Source: a virus (lineage: Duplodnaviria; Caudoviricetes). Taken from it: DNA of 64,000 nucleotides. Numbering within the stretch: position 1 is the stretch's first letter; each line of letters begins with the position of its first letter. The position numbers were made by a program, and so were the translations under genes. Of the stretch, positions 1-7,714 are shown piece after piece. The stretch is from IMG/VR virus record IMGVR_UViG_3300027996_003878. One strand, written 5' to 3'. The notes below the pieces were generated by a model that was given only the letters and a program-made list of their open reading frames with translations, searched no databases and was not told the origin of the DNA.

Positions 1-2
1 CT

Positions 3-398
3 TTAAAGAAAGCGCATTTTAATTTATTTGGATCGTACCCCAGCAAAAACAAACTAATGGTCGCATGGGCGCAAGTAGGAATTGAAAATCGAAGAGGAAA
101 ATCTGTCTATAATCATAATCTGGGAAACATAAGCTCAAGAAAAACAGTTCCATATTATGTTCTCGCTGGTCGAAGTTATCTTTCCTTTAAGTCATTCAAT
201 GATGGGGCGATTGGTTATTGGAAAGTAATTCATAGAATGTGTAAGTCCTCAATACCCTACTTTGAAAAGGGGTACTCATACGCTGCTGCGCTGCAACTGA
301 AAAAATGTGGGTACTACGAAGCTAACGAAAAGGAATACGCGCGACAAATGACAAGGGTTTACATTTATGGCGTTAAAAATATTGCTGATAAAATTTAA
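3..398 (+). CDS. Putative peptidoglycan hydrolase (GH73/lysozyme-like), 5'-truncated at the window edge
   Basis: The frame is open back to base 3 (LKKAHFNLFGSYPSKNKLMVAW...). Motifs AQVGIENRRG..NHNLGNI and GYYEANEKEYA resemble the GH73/FlgJ AQAxLESGWG..NNLFGIK and YATDPxYA motifs. Confidence 0.55.
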   Translation, partial: LKKAHFNLFGSYPSKNKLMVAWAQVGIENRRGKSVYNHNLGNISSRKTVPYYVLAGRSYLSFKSFNDGAIGYWKVIHRMCKSSIPYFEKGYSYAAALQLKKCGYYEANEKEYARQMTRVYIYGVKNIADKI

Positions 399-603
399 AT
401 TAATTATATTTTTTGTATTTTCACTTTTTGGCTGCACAACCTCGCAAAGAAGTTATAGATTTGGTAAATTTAAATGTAAAATAAAAAGAGTTTTGCCAAA
501 CTTAGTTTTAAATGCAAGTTCAGGCTTTGTTAATGGATCAAACGAGCAAGTTAATGAAACAAAAGTACAGGTGAATTTAATTAGCGCGTGTGATTATAAA
601 TAA
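367..603 (+). CDS. Small putative lipoprotein
   Basis: Basic N-terminus, hydrophobic stretch and lipobox-like SLFG|C. Overlaps the 3' end of the hydrolase gene. Confidence 0.35.
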   Translation: MALKILLIKFKLIIFFVFSLFGCTTSQRSYRFGKFKCKIKRVLPNLVLNASSGFVNGSNEQVNETKVQVNLISACDYK

Positions 604-641
604 TCTCTTCGATAGTTTTAATAATATTAAAGCAAATATAC

Positions 642-1067
642 ATGAAAAAGATATTCTCAATTGCGCGGTGTTTTGAAAGAAAGATAGCTCAGTTCCCGAA
701 CAGCGTTCCAAATGTTAATAAGCTCTCATTAAATGCAATACAATTTGCAATCAATACGATTCAAAATTTGAATTTATTCGGAACGAATCCTTTAACTGAT
801 TATGATAAGAATAAATTAGAAGAAGTAATAAGAAGACTAGAAGATCAAAATATATACATACCAGACATTGAGGCTGCGCTAAATTCAGAAAAGATAGAGT
901 CCCAAAGAAGGTTTTTAAAGACTGGGCCTAAAATAACTTTAAATGAAATGAGCCAGCTTGGAATAGCCCAAAAAGGAACTCAAATACAAGGCAAAAGCGC
1001 TTTAGATAAACTTATTAATTTGAACAACAGTCTTACAAATAAAATAAATATATCGAATTCTACTTGA
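642..1067 (+). CDS. Hypothetical protein
   Basis: 141-aa ORF after an AT-rich spacer. Its N-terminal helix resembles that of 1914..2303. Confidence 0.6.
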   Translation: MKKIFSIARCFERKIAQFPNSVPNVNKLSLNAIQFAINTIQNLNLFGTNPLTDYDKNKLEEVIRRLEDQNIYIPDIEAALNSEKIESQRRFLKTGPKITLNEMSQLGIAQKGTQIQGKSALDKLINLNNSLTNKINISNST

Positions 1068-1538
1068 TTATTCTTCAACTTTTAAATTGATTATTTCTTC
1101 TAAATCATTAATATCTTCCCAAGACTGATCTCCTTGTAACTGAAAAGCCCCCATATACCTCCAAGGAGGGCTGCCATTCCAGTCTTCTAAAGACAAGATA
1201 GACCATTGAAGATCGCCATTTTGCTTTTGATAAAGATAATATGTCTGACCTGGTTTTTTTGAAAAGTTACATTTCGCTTTATGTAACTTTAAACTAAAGT
1301 AGGCATCGTCTAAGATACGCTGGGCTTGAGCTTTTAAATACTCAATTTGATCAAAAATGACACTTAATTTAGAAGTAGATGCAGCTACAACAGCACTTTC
1401 CGCGCTTGTACTTTGCGCTCCAAGGTCGGGAAGCAATACTCTGGGTGAAAGGCGACTTACGCCGTAAGGAGAGGAGTTATCTCGCTTTTTATGGTTATCT
1501 CCACTGTAAGCCACAGCTTTATCTTTTTCTTTAAACAT
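1068..1538 (-). CDS. DUF2452-like protein
   Basis: SSPYGVSRLSP, QIEYLKAQAQRIL, AKCNFSKKPGQTYYLY, SILSLEDW and GAFQLQGDQSWE match the recalled DUF2452 pattern. Confidence 0.7.
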   Translation of the reverse strand: MFKEKDKAVAYSGDNHKKRDNSSPYGVSRLSPRVLLPDLGAQSTSAESAVVAASTSKLSVIFDQIEYLKAQAQRILDDAYFSLKLHKAKCNFSKKPGQTYYLYQKQNGDLQWSILSLEDWNGSPPWRYMGAFQLQGDQSWEDINDLEEIINLKVEE

Positions 1539-1547
1539 TTATATCGA

Positions 1548-1886
1548 TTAATATATACAAAGCTTACCCCAATATATATCTAGAACAGCGATTGTAAATC
1601 CTGGAGGTCCAAAGTTATTTTTTAATATTGAAGCAAGCGCTGCCTTTATAAATATAACGACATCCGCAAGATCTCTATTATCTAACTCTTCAAAGGACCT
1701 AAGGACCATTATTCTTAAATCTAGCTGCTTAATATTGCTAGGGTAATCAGGGTCTGCGGCAACTCTTGCGTCAAACTCAGTGCCGCTTATGACTTCATTA
1801 ATATGCAACTGCCTTACAAGGCGAGTCTGTACATTGTCAGTCAAATCGTTATTTACAAATATAATAGCAGAAGGACGAATAACCAT
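1548..1886 (-). CDS. Hypothetical protein
   Basis: 112-aa ORF, co-directional and tightly packed. Confidence 0.7.
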   Translation of the reverse strand: MVIRPSAIIFVNNDLTDNVQTRLVRQLHINEVISGTEFDARVAADPDYPSNIKQLDLRIMVLRSFEELDNRDLADVVIFIKAALASILKNNFGPPGFTIAVLDIYWGKLCIY

Positions 1887-1913
1887 TTTGGCCTTGCAAT
1901 AAATTGAATTATA

Positions 1914-2303
1914 TTATTTTTCTTTTTTTCTCAAACTTTTAAGCGACTCCACTTCAACAGAATCACCCTTAAGGGTAACTTTACACTCCTCACCATCCAC
2001 AATATAGGTAACAGAGCCGTCATCCGCCAACATCGCCGCAGATGCATCGCACAAATTCATATTTCTTAACATTTCGTTTGTGCCTAAGTAGGCTTCTTTT
2101 GCGCCTTCAAGCTTTTCTTTTTGAGCGTCCAACTCAGACTTTAATTTATCATACTTAGACTCTAATTCTTTATATTTTTTATTACAATCTTTATAACACT
2201 TTTCGTGCCTAAGTAATTCTCGCGTCAACTGACCCTTCGTTTTACGGAGTTTGGCCGCTCGCTTTTGAAGTCTATACGCTAACTTATAAAGTTTTGCATT
2301 CAT
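1914..2303 (-). CDS. Coiled-coil hypothetical protein
   Basis: K/E-rich heptad segment (YKELESKYDKLKSELDAQKEKLE). Confidence 0.7.
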   Translation of the reverse strand: MNAKLYKLAYRLQKRAAKLRKTKGQLTRELLRHEKCYKDCNKKYKELESKYDKLKSELDAQKEKLEGAKEAYLGTNEMLRNMNLCDASAAMLADDGSVTYIVDGEECKVTLKGDSVEVESLKSLRKKEK

Positions 2304-2365
2304 AACAATATATGAACATATTACTAATTAAAATAATCATATTAAAAGTTTAAATTGTACAATAT

Positions 2366-2641
2366 TTAATTTAAACTTTTATAAAACGAATCAATATTCA
2401 CGCCTAAAAAGGCGTCATGAATCTCTTGATCTATCTTCTGATCTTTAAGAAAAGTAGGCCACACCTCAGAAATCATTCCTATTTCCTTTTTACTCAAACT
2501 TAGCAAGTACTCTTTTAGAATATCCTTTTCCATCTTCACGATCAAAGAGGGGGCAGAGGAAAATCCCTTTTGAAACTCTAAAAGACGAAACATGCTTCTT
2601 AAGGTATTATAAATTTTTATATCACTTTCGACCTTCATCAT
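2366..2641 (-). CDS. Hypothetical protein
   Basis: 91-aa ORF in an operon-like array. Confidence 0.6.
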   Translation of the reverse strand: MMKVESDIKIYNTLRSMFRLLEFQKGFSSAPSLIVKMEKDILKEYLLSLSKKEIGMISEVWPTFLKDQKIDQEIHDAFLGVNIDSFYKSLN

Positions 2642-2646
2642 TGCCT

Positions 2647-2952
2647 TTAATTAAGAATTTTAGTGCCAGGCGTTACTGCATTTATTTCGCTTTCAATATC
2701 CTCTTTCGCCATATCTAAAGTATCCTTAATAAGACCAAGAAAATCTTCTTCGTATATATTAAGATCTAAAGATAACTTGACGCTAAAAGATATTAATACT
2801 GTTAATAATTCCAGCCTAGAATCATCAAAATTATTTAGTTTAATTATTTCATTGATCGTATTTTCTATCTTTTCACTATACTCATCCAAATATCTTTCGC
2901 TTAGCTCTATTTCAATGTACTCATCTAAGCCCAAATCATCATTTTTACTCAT
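2647..2952 (-). CDS. Acidic hypothetical protein
   Basis: 101-aa D/E-rich ORF in an operon-like array. Confidence 0.65.
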   Translation of the reverse strand: MSKNDDLGLDEYIEIELSERYLDEYSEKIENTINEIIKLNNFDDSRLELLTVLISFSVKLSLDLNIYEEDFLGLIKDTLDMAKEDIESEINAVTPGTKILN

Positions 2953-2964
2953 GAAAATAAAACC

Positions 2965-3615
2965 TCAATCAATATAGCAATCAGAAAAATTATCACTTAC
3001 AATAGATTTAATTGGCTCTATAAATCTTAGAAGCAAGTCTGTAGTCATTCTAACGTCCTCAGCCGCTTGGTGAGCCTTCCCCCTCTTAACCCCAAAGGAT
3101 TTGACCAAAGATGTTAAATTGTAATATCTGCGCCTTTTACCAACGCAAAGATCGAATAATGTTGCAATTTGCTTAGTGTCAAGAACCCTATTATTATTCT
3201 CTAAAGCAAATGGAAATGTATCATAAGAGCCTGCCTTTCGCCATAACTCTCTTAATGCGTCAATATCAAATTTTGGATTTTGACCAACAAAGACTCTATC
3301 CATCGCAGACATTCCATCTTCCATCACCCAAAGCTCAATCTCAGAAATAACATCAGCTGGCTCTTTGTAGTTCTCTTTTCCAAACTTTGTCAAATGCATA
3401 ATATCATCACGATTATGACCATTGATCGCTAGAGCCTTATCTTCAATTGTAGAGGGATCTAAGGCCTTTAGCCGCCACGTGGATTGCTCTCTTGTATAAT
3501 TTGAACCTTCATCGGAAGTCAGCCGACAAGCTGAAATTTCAATAACATCATTTTTAACTGCATCTAATCCAGTGGTCTCGCAGTCTATGACATAAATAAC
3601 ATAACCAGGTATCAT
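2965..3615 (-). CDS. DEDDh 3'-5' exonuclease (DnaQ/RNase T-like)
   Basis: ExoI IDCETTGLD, ExoII GQNPKFDIDAL, ExoIII AHQAAEDV. Confidence 0.9.
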   Translation of the reverse strand: MIPGYVIYVIDCETTGLDAVKNDVIEISACRLTSDEGSNYTREQSTWRLKALDPSTIEDKALAINGHNRDDIMHLTKFGKENYKEPADVISEIELWVMEDGMSAMDRVFVGQNPKFDIDALRELWRKAGSYDTFPFALENNNRVLDTKQIATLFDLCVGKRRRYYNLTSLVKSFGVKRGKAHQAAEDVRMTTDLLLRFIEPIKSIVSDNFSDCYID

Positions 3616-3666
3616 TGATTTATGAACAGATCAAAACACTCATATCGAATGATTTGATCATGCTTA

Positions 3667-3855
3667 TTAATCAGAGTCTTCGTCATTCGAAAATTTTAAT
3701 GAAACACTTGAGCTTGCTGAAATTTTAGACAAATATATACTTATACGTTCAGCGGTGACATTATCAATAGGTATCTCGATCCGCTGTTTTTTATCATTAC
3801 TAAATGAAAGAAAAGGGACTTTTCCATTGTACCTTATACCATTATAAATTATCAT
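3667..3855 (-). CDS. Hypothetical protein
   Basis: 62-aa ORF coupled to the upstream gene by an ATGA overlap. Confidence 0.55.
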   Translation of the reverse strand: MIIYNGIRYNGKVPFLSFSNDKKQRIEIPIDNVTAERISIYLSKISASSSVSLKFSNDEDSD

Positions 3856-4154
3856 AATTTAATCTTTTTAATATTACTCTTTATATCTTTTAGCTTAAAT
3901 ACACCCGATTTAATTTGAGCTATTAAGAACTGCATACCATCAACTGAAGATAAAAAAGACCTCTCTTTTTTTGTAAGCCTATTTGAGTTGATGCTAATAA
4001 TTACTTTTTTATCCCTCAAAACCTCCCAACAAAGACCATTATTTGGAAGCATGACTTTTCTAATACTAATTATTTCATGCACAACATTGGAGTCATCGTC
4101 AAATAACGCATCCTCTTTGGTCATATTGAAGTTTTTTTCAAATTCAGTTGGCAC
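3852..4154 (-). CDS. Hypothetical protein
   Basis: 100-aa ORF in an operon-like array. Confidence 0.65.
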   Translation of the reverse strand: MPTEFEKNFNMTKEDALFDDDSNVVHEIISIRKVMLPNNGLCWEVLRDKKVIISINSNRLTKKERSFLSSVDGMQFLIAQIKSGVFKLKDIKSNIKKIKL

Positions 4155-4186
4155 TTTTTTCCATTGAAAATTAAAAGCATTACTCT

Positions 4187-5392
4187 TTACTTACAAGCAC
4201 TATCGGCTGCCACTGAGCCCATAATTGCCGCAGAAAGTATTCCGCTTACCTTTGCACTCTCGCCCGCTATAAACATATCATCTATTTCAGATTCTAAATT
4301 TGAGCCAAGACGTATACCCGCAGCTAATGGTCTAATATTAGGTATATGAAAATATCCATTAGTCATGATATTTGGTATAAATGCCTGTATTTCCTCTAAT
4401 TTATCATGCAGCCAATCATATTCTGGAAGTAATGATAACAAGCTATTTTTGTTTCTAAAATTTTTAATTTTTTCTCGACTAATTCTATCATTATATAATA
4501 AATATGAAAGTTTAGCTACACGTTCTGTATATTTAGTGGCTTCATCTTCCACATATTTTGAATATAGTAATGAAAAATACACTTTTTCTGACTTCCAACG
4601 ATCCTCATTCGAACGGAACGAAGAAATAACCAAATCAGCATGGTCCTCAGGAATAACTGAGCCAGACCAACTAAATGGACCAATGTTTAAATTATCTTTG
4701 TTAATTGATAAGTGAGATTTATTAAGATCCTTCATGTGTAAGGCAGGCATTTCCACCATAACACCATACTCAGCAAGACTGTCGTCAGTGTATATTCCAA
4801 ATTTCTTATAAAGATCAGTAACCCAACGCCAACCAGTACGACCAACGCATAAAATTATTTTTTTACAAGAATAGTCGCCCTTTTCACTTGATATTAAAAA
4901 ACGACCCCTTTTCTTGATTACATCGTATACCTCGTTATCAAAGCTCCAAAAAATATTATTATCTTCAATTTTATTTGATATCACTCTGGACAATTGATGA
5001 ATGCTGCTAGGTTTCCATTGAATATGAGGATTTAAACTATAATTAAACCCACTATCTTTAATCTTATTTAAGAAGCTGACGCTAGGAAGCTTGTCTTCTT
5101 TTAAATTTAAACTGTTTGCCTTCTCTAACCAAGAATAAACCCACTGGACTGTGGGCCTTACCTTCCTTCCGTCTATTAATTCTGAGACCTTGTCAGCGTC
5201 ACCTGGATAAATCTTTCCATCACCACCTGGAAAACAGCCAAGCCACCCCTCCAGCTGCCTTCGTCGCTTTCCTGGAGGCCTGCCGACATCAAATAATATG
5301 GTTTTAACATTTTTATGTCTTTCAGCTATCCTTAACGCCGCAAAAGCCCCGGCAACACCTGCCCCAATAATACCTACATCAAAATTATCCAT
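4187..5392 (-). CDS. NAD(P)/FAD-dependent oxidoreductase (COG2509-like)
   Basis: Rossmann motif VGIIGAGVAG, GCFPGGDGKI (compare GAGTFSDGKL), IILCVGRTG, and C-terminal DMFIAGESAKVSGILSAAIMG. Confidence 0.8.
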   Translation of the reverse strand: MDNFDVGIIGAGVAGAFAALRIAERHKNVKTILFDVGRPPGKRRRQLEGWLGCFPGGDGKIYPGDADKVSELIDGRKVRPTVQWVYSWLEKANSLNLKEDKLPSVSFLNKIKDSGFNYSLNPHIQWKPSSIHQLSRVISNKIEDNNIFWSFDNEVYDVIKKRGRFLISSEKGDYSCKKIILCVGRTGWRWVTDLYKKFGIYTDDSLAEYGVMVEMPALHMKDLNKSHLSINKDNLNIGPFSWSGSVIPEDHADLVISSFRSNEDRWKSEKVYFSLLYSKYVEDEATKYTERVAKLSYLLYNDRISREKIKNFRNKNSLLSLLPEYDWLHDKLEEIQAFIPNIMTNGYFHIPNIRPLAAGIRLGSNLESEIDDMFIAGESAKVSGILSAAIMGSVAADSACK

Positions 5393-5627
5393 AATAATCG
5401 CTGAAATATATTATTAATATATAAAAACTAAAAATCCTTATCGTTTAATGCGATATGACAATTGAGCTTTCATGCCTAGTTAGGCAGAACTCGAACTTTT
5501 TATCAGAAAGATTAAATAAAAAATAAAATAAAATAAATGTATAAAGAATTAATTATTAATTATTAATAATATAGCATTTAATTAATTAAAATTTATAATT
5601 AATTATTATATTATTAATTGGAGAAAA

Positions 5628-6275
5628 TTGATTTATTTACTATCACTAATATTGGCGGTAGGTTTATTTAGCTTATTTTTGAATTTGAATAGCGTCTATT
5701 CAAAGCGAAAGGTTATAAGTTACAAATACAAACTTCCTAGAATGATTACCAGAAAGGTAAGAATAGATAAAAAATTTAGTAAAAAAGAAAAAAAGATTAT
5801 TTTACAATCTTTCAAAGAGTGGGAGGAAAAAAGCTGCGGCTTAATAAAGTTTATTATTATAAATCATTCAGCCAATCCTTACTTTGTTAAAGATGGTTAT
5901 TATTATGACAAAGAGCATATTCCCAATTGCAACACAATTGATGTAGTAAGGGCAATTTCTTCAGATGATATTATAAAATATTTGGATGGCTATTATCAAT
6001 TAGGCGTTTATGGTTTTGCTTACGGAGATCATGAGCCAGGTTTTATTTTAATTGTAATGAATCGTTTAAAAACAAAGAAAGCGATTAAAGATGTCACAAT
6101 GCATGAAATCGGCCACATGCTGGGAATCATGCATTTAGATGATGAATATGCATTAATGCATAAATACTATGATAAGAGTAAATGCAAAGGTATATCTAAT
6201 AAAGATATTAGATCTTTTATATACAATGCATGTTGGGATCCAGATCGAAATCCAAGCGAAACAATATTTGATTAA
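5628..6275 (+). CDS. Matrixin-family (metzincin) zinc metalloprotease with N-terminal signal/TM anchor
   Basis: HEIGHMLGIMH (HExxHxxGxxH) followed by Met-turn ALMH. Hydrophobic N-terminus. Confidence 0.85.
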   Translation: MIYLLSLILAVGLFSLFLNLNSVYSKRKVISYKYKLPRMITRKVRIDKKFSKKEKKIILQSFKEWEEKSCGLIKFIIINHSANPYFVKDGYYYDKEHIPNCNTIDVVRAISSDDIIKYLDGYYQLGVYGFAYGDHEPGFILIVMNRLKTKKAIKDVTMHEIGHMLGIMHLDDEYALMHKYYDKSKCKGISNKDIRSFIYNACWDPDRNPSETIFD

Positions 6276-6285
6276 GCTCGTCAAT

Positions 6286-6320
6286 AAAAAAACGACTCCC
6301 GAAAATATAGAGAGCCGTTT
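6286..6320 (-). terminator. Rho-independent terminator downstream of tRNA-Gly (possibly bidirectional)
   Basis: Minus strand reads AACGGCTCTC-TATATTTTC-GGGAGTCGTT-TTTTT: a 10-bp stem with G-U pairs plus a U-tract. Confidence 0.75.
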
Positions 6321-6326
6321 GGTCGG

Positions 6327-6398
<72 letters not shown>

Positions 6399-6426
6399 AA
6401 CTTGTTTGTGAATGCCTTATGCTTTA

Positions 6427-7047
6427 TCACTCACTAACTCGTAAAAGAATTCGTGGGGGTTTTTCCTCCGCAAAGTAAACATCTCCAAATTCTTTTGGCA
6501 GGGATGTCTGAATACTTGAAAATTTTAAACTCTTGTATACGTAGTAAGATTTTTCAAGCTCGCTAGGATCTTCGAAGCCAAGACCTCCACCTCCACCCTT
6601 AATATCTAGACTTCGAAAAGACACATCACCACCACCGTTATGGATAAAAGCCAGCCAAATCCAATTGACATCATAAGCAAAGTCAATTGGAGCCTCAATA
6701 ACAGAATTACCCTTCAGATTAAGTGTACCCGAGTCTACAAGCAGACTGCCAGGCAGCCCATTGGCATTCGCATAAACACCTAACCTAATACTTTTATCAC
6801 TGTCAACATTACTTGTACATTCAATTGCAATCTTATCAAATTGAACTCGCTGCTCCAAAGACATTGGGGCAGCATACAGCGTATGAGCCGGCCTTGCCAC
6901 CTGTAGGACGCTATCTGGTGTTAATCCAAGTCCATTATCATACCATCTACCTTTAATGAGGCCTGGTGTTGATATATAAACTGAATTAATGCAAATATCT
7001 TTGCCCAAAACTGACACATAAGTGCCTGCGCCTGCCTTAATGCTCAT
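6427..7047 (-). CDS. Putative virion beta-sandwich protein
   Basis: IRLGVYANANGLPGSLLVDSGTL and WIWLAF resemble motifs in phage fibre-associated domains. Lies in the structural block. Confidence 0.45.
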   Translation of the reverse strand: MSIKAGAGTYVSVLGKDICINSVYISTPGLIKGRWYDNGLGLTPDSVLQVARPAHTLYAAPMSLEQRVQFDKIAIECTSNVDSDKSIRLGVYANANGLPGSLLVDSGTLNLKGNSVIEAPIDFAYDVNWIWLAFIHNGGGDVSFRSLDIKGGGGGLGFEDPSELEKSYYVYKSLKFSSIQTSLPKEFGDVYFAEEKPPRILLRVSE

Positions 7048-7050
7048 AAC

Positions 7051-7509
7051 TTATTCTGGCTTATAGAACCTTAGAGTCTCTAGGTCTAGACTCCACTTTT
7101 CATCACCATTAATGTCAATGCCATAAGACTCGGCTAAGGTTCGGCTTGTTGCAATCATTTCCTCTTTGACGGCCTGTAGGCCTTTTAAGCATTCGCCTTT
7201 GTCTCTTTCGGCCTTTTGTTTTTGAGCCATTTCTTGCATAGCAAGATCTGCAAGAGCCATTTTTAATCTATTAAATCTACCTTGAATGCTAGATAGTTTC
7301 TTCTTGTCCGCTGGCTTTAAATTAATAAAATCCGGCCCCTTATCCGCCGTAGTAGCCTTGATCTTTGAAGCCCCAGCTGACGTCTTGCGTGTAGAAGTTT
7401 TTCTTGACTTAGACTTACTGACCGTCTTTCGCTTAGGCGCATTGCTCACAGTTGATGCTGTAGAATAACTTCTCTTAGACTTAGTGCTGCTTTTTTTTCT
7501 CGCCGCCAT
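7051..7509 (-). CDS. Basic K/R/S/T-rich (histone H1-like) protein with a coiled-coil C-terminal half
   Basis: N-terminus MAARKKSSTKSKRSYSTASTVSNAPKRKTVSKSKSRKTSTRK. GGAG SD upstream. Confidence 0.6.
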   Translation of the reverse strand: MAARKKSSTKSKRSYSTASTVSNAPKRKTVSKSKSRKTSTRKTSAGASKIKATTADKGPDFINLKPADKKKLSSIQGRFNRLKMALADLAMQEMAQKQKAERDKGECLKGLQAVKEEMIATSRTLAESYGIDINGDEKWSLDLETLRFYKPE

Positions 7510-7581
7510 ACTATCACTCCATTAAAAATAACTTTTGTCTTAATTTCTTAATTACATTATATAGCCTGACTATATATTATG

Positions 7582-7628
7582 TTTGTATATAAAGTAAGTA
7601 AATAAAATTTACTTACTTTATATACAAA
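7582..7628. repeat. Perfect 22-bp inverted repeat with a 3-nt loop
   Basis: TTTGTATATAAAGTAAGTAAAT-AAA-ATTTACTTACTTTATATACAAA. Confidence 0.95.
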
Positions 7629-7663
7629 ATTACCGCCTCTCTCTAGAGAGAGGCGGTAATTTT
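7626..7663. terminator. 38-bp perfect palindrome, probable bidirectional terminator
   Basis: AAAATTACCGCCTCTCTC-TA-GAGAGAGGCGGTAATTTT, with T-runs following on both strands. Lies downstream of 7715..9562. Confidence 0.8.
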
Positions 7664-7714
7664 TTTCACTTATATAACATAGTCTTATGCATTATTCTTA
7701 CTTATACCTAGTTA

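Noticed and set aside
2663-2977. Plus-strand ORF-track entries antisense to real genes (e.g. 2663..2977, 4164..4349, 4365..4715, 8799..9098, 10148..10516, 48447..48815, 55244..55516)
   Set aside because: Shadow ORFs opposite well-supported minus-strand genes, with no motifs or RBS.
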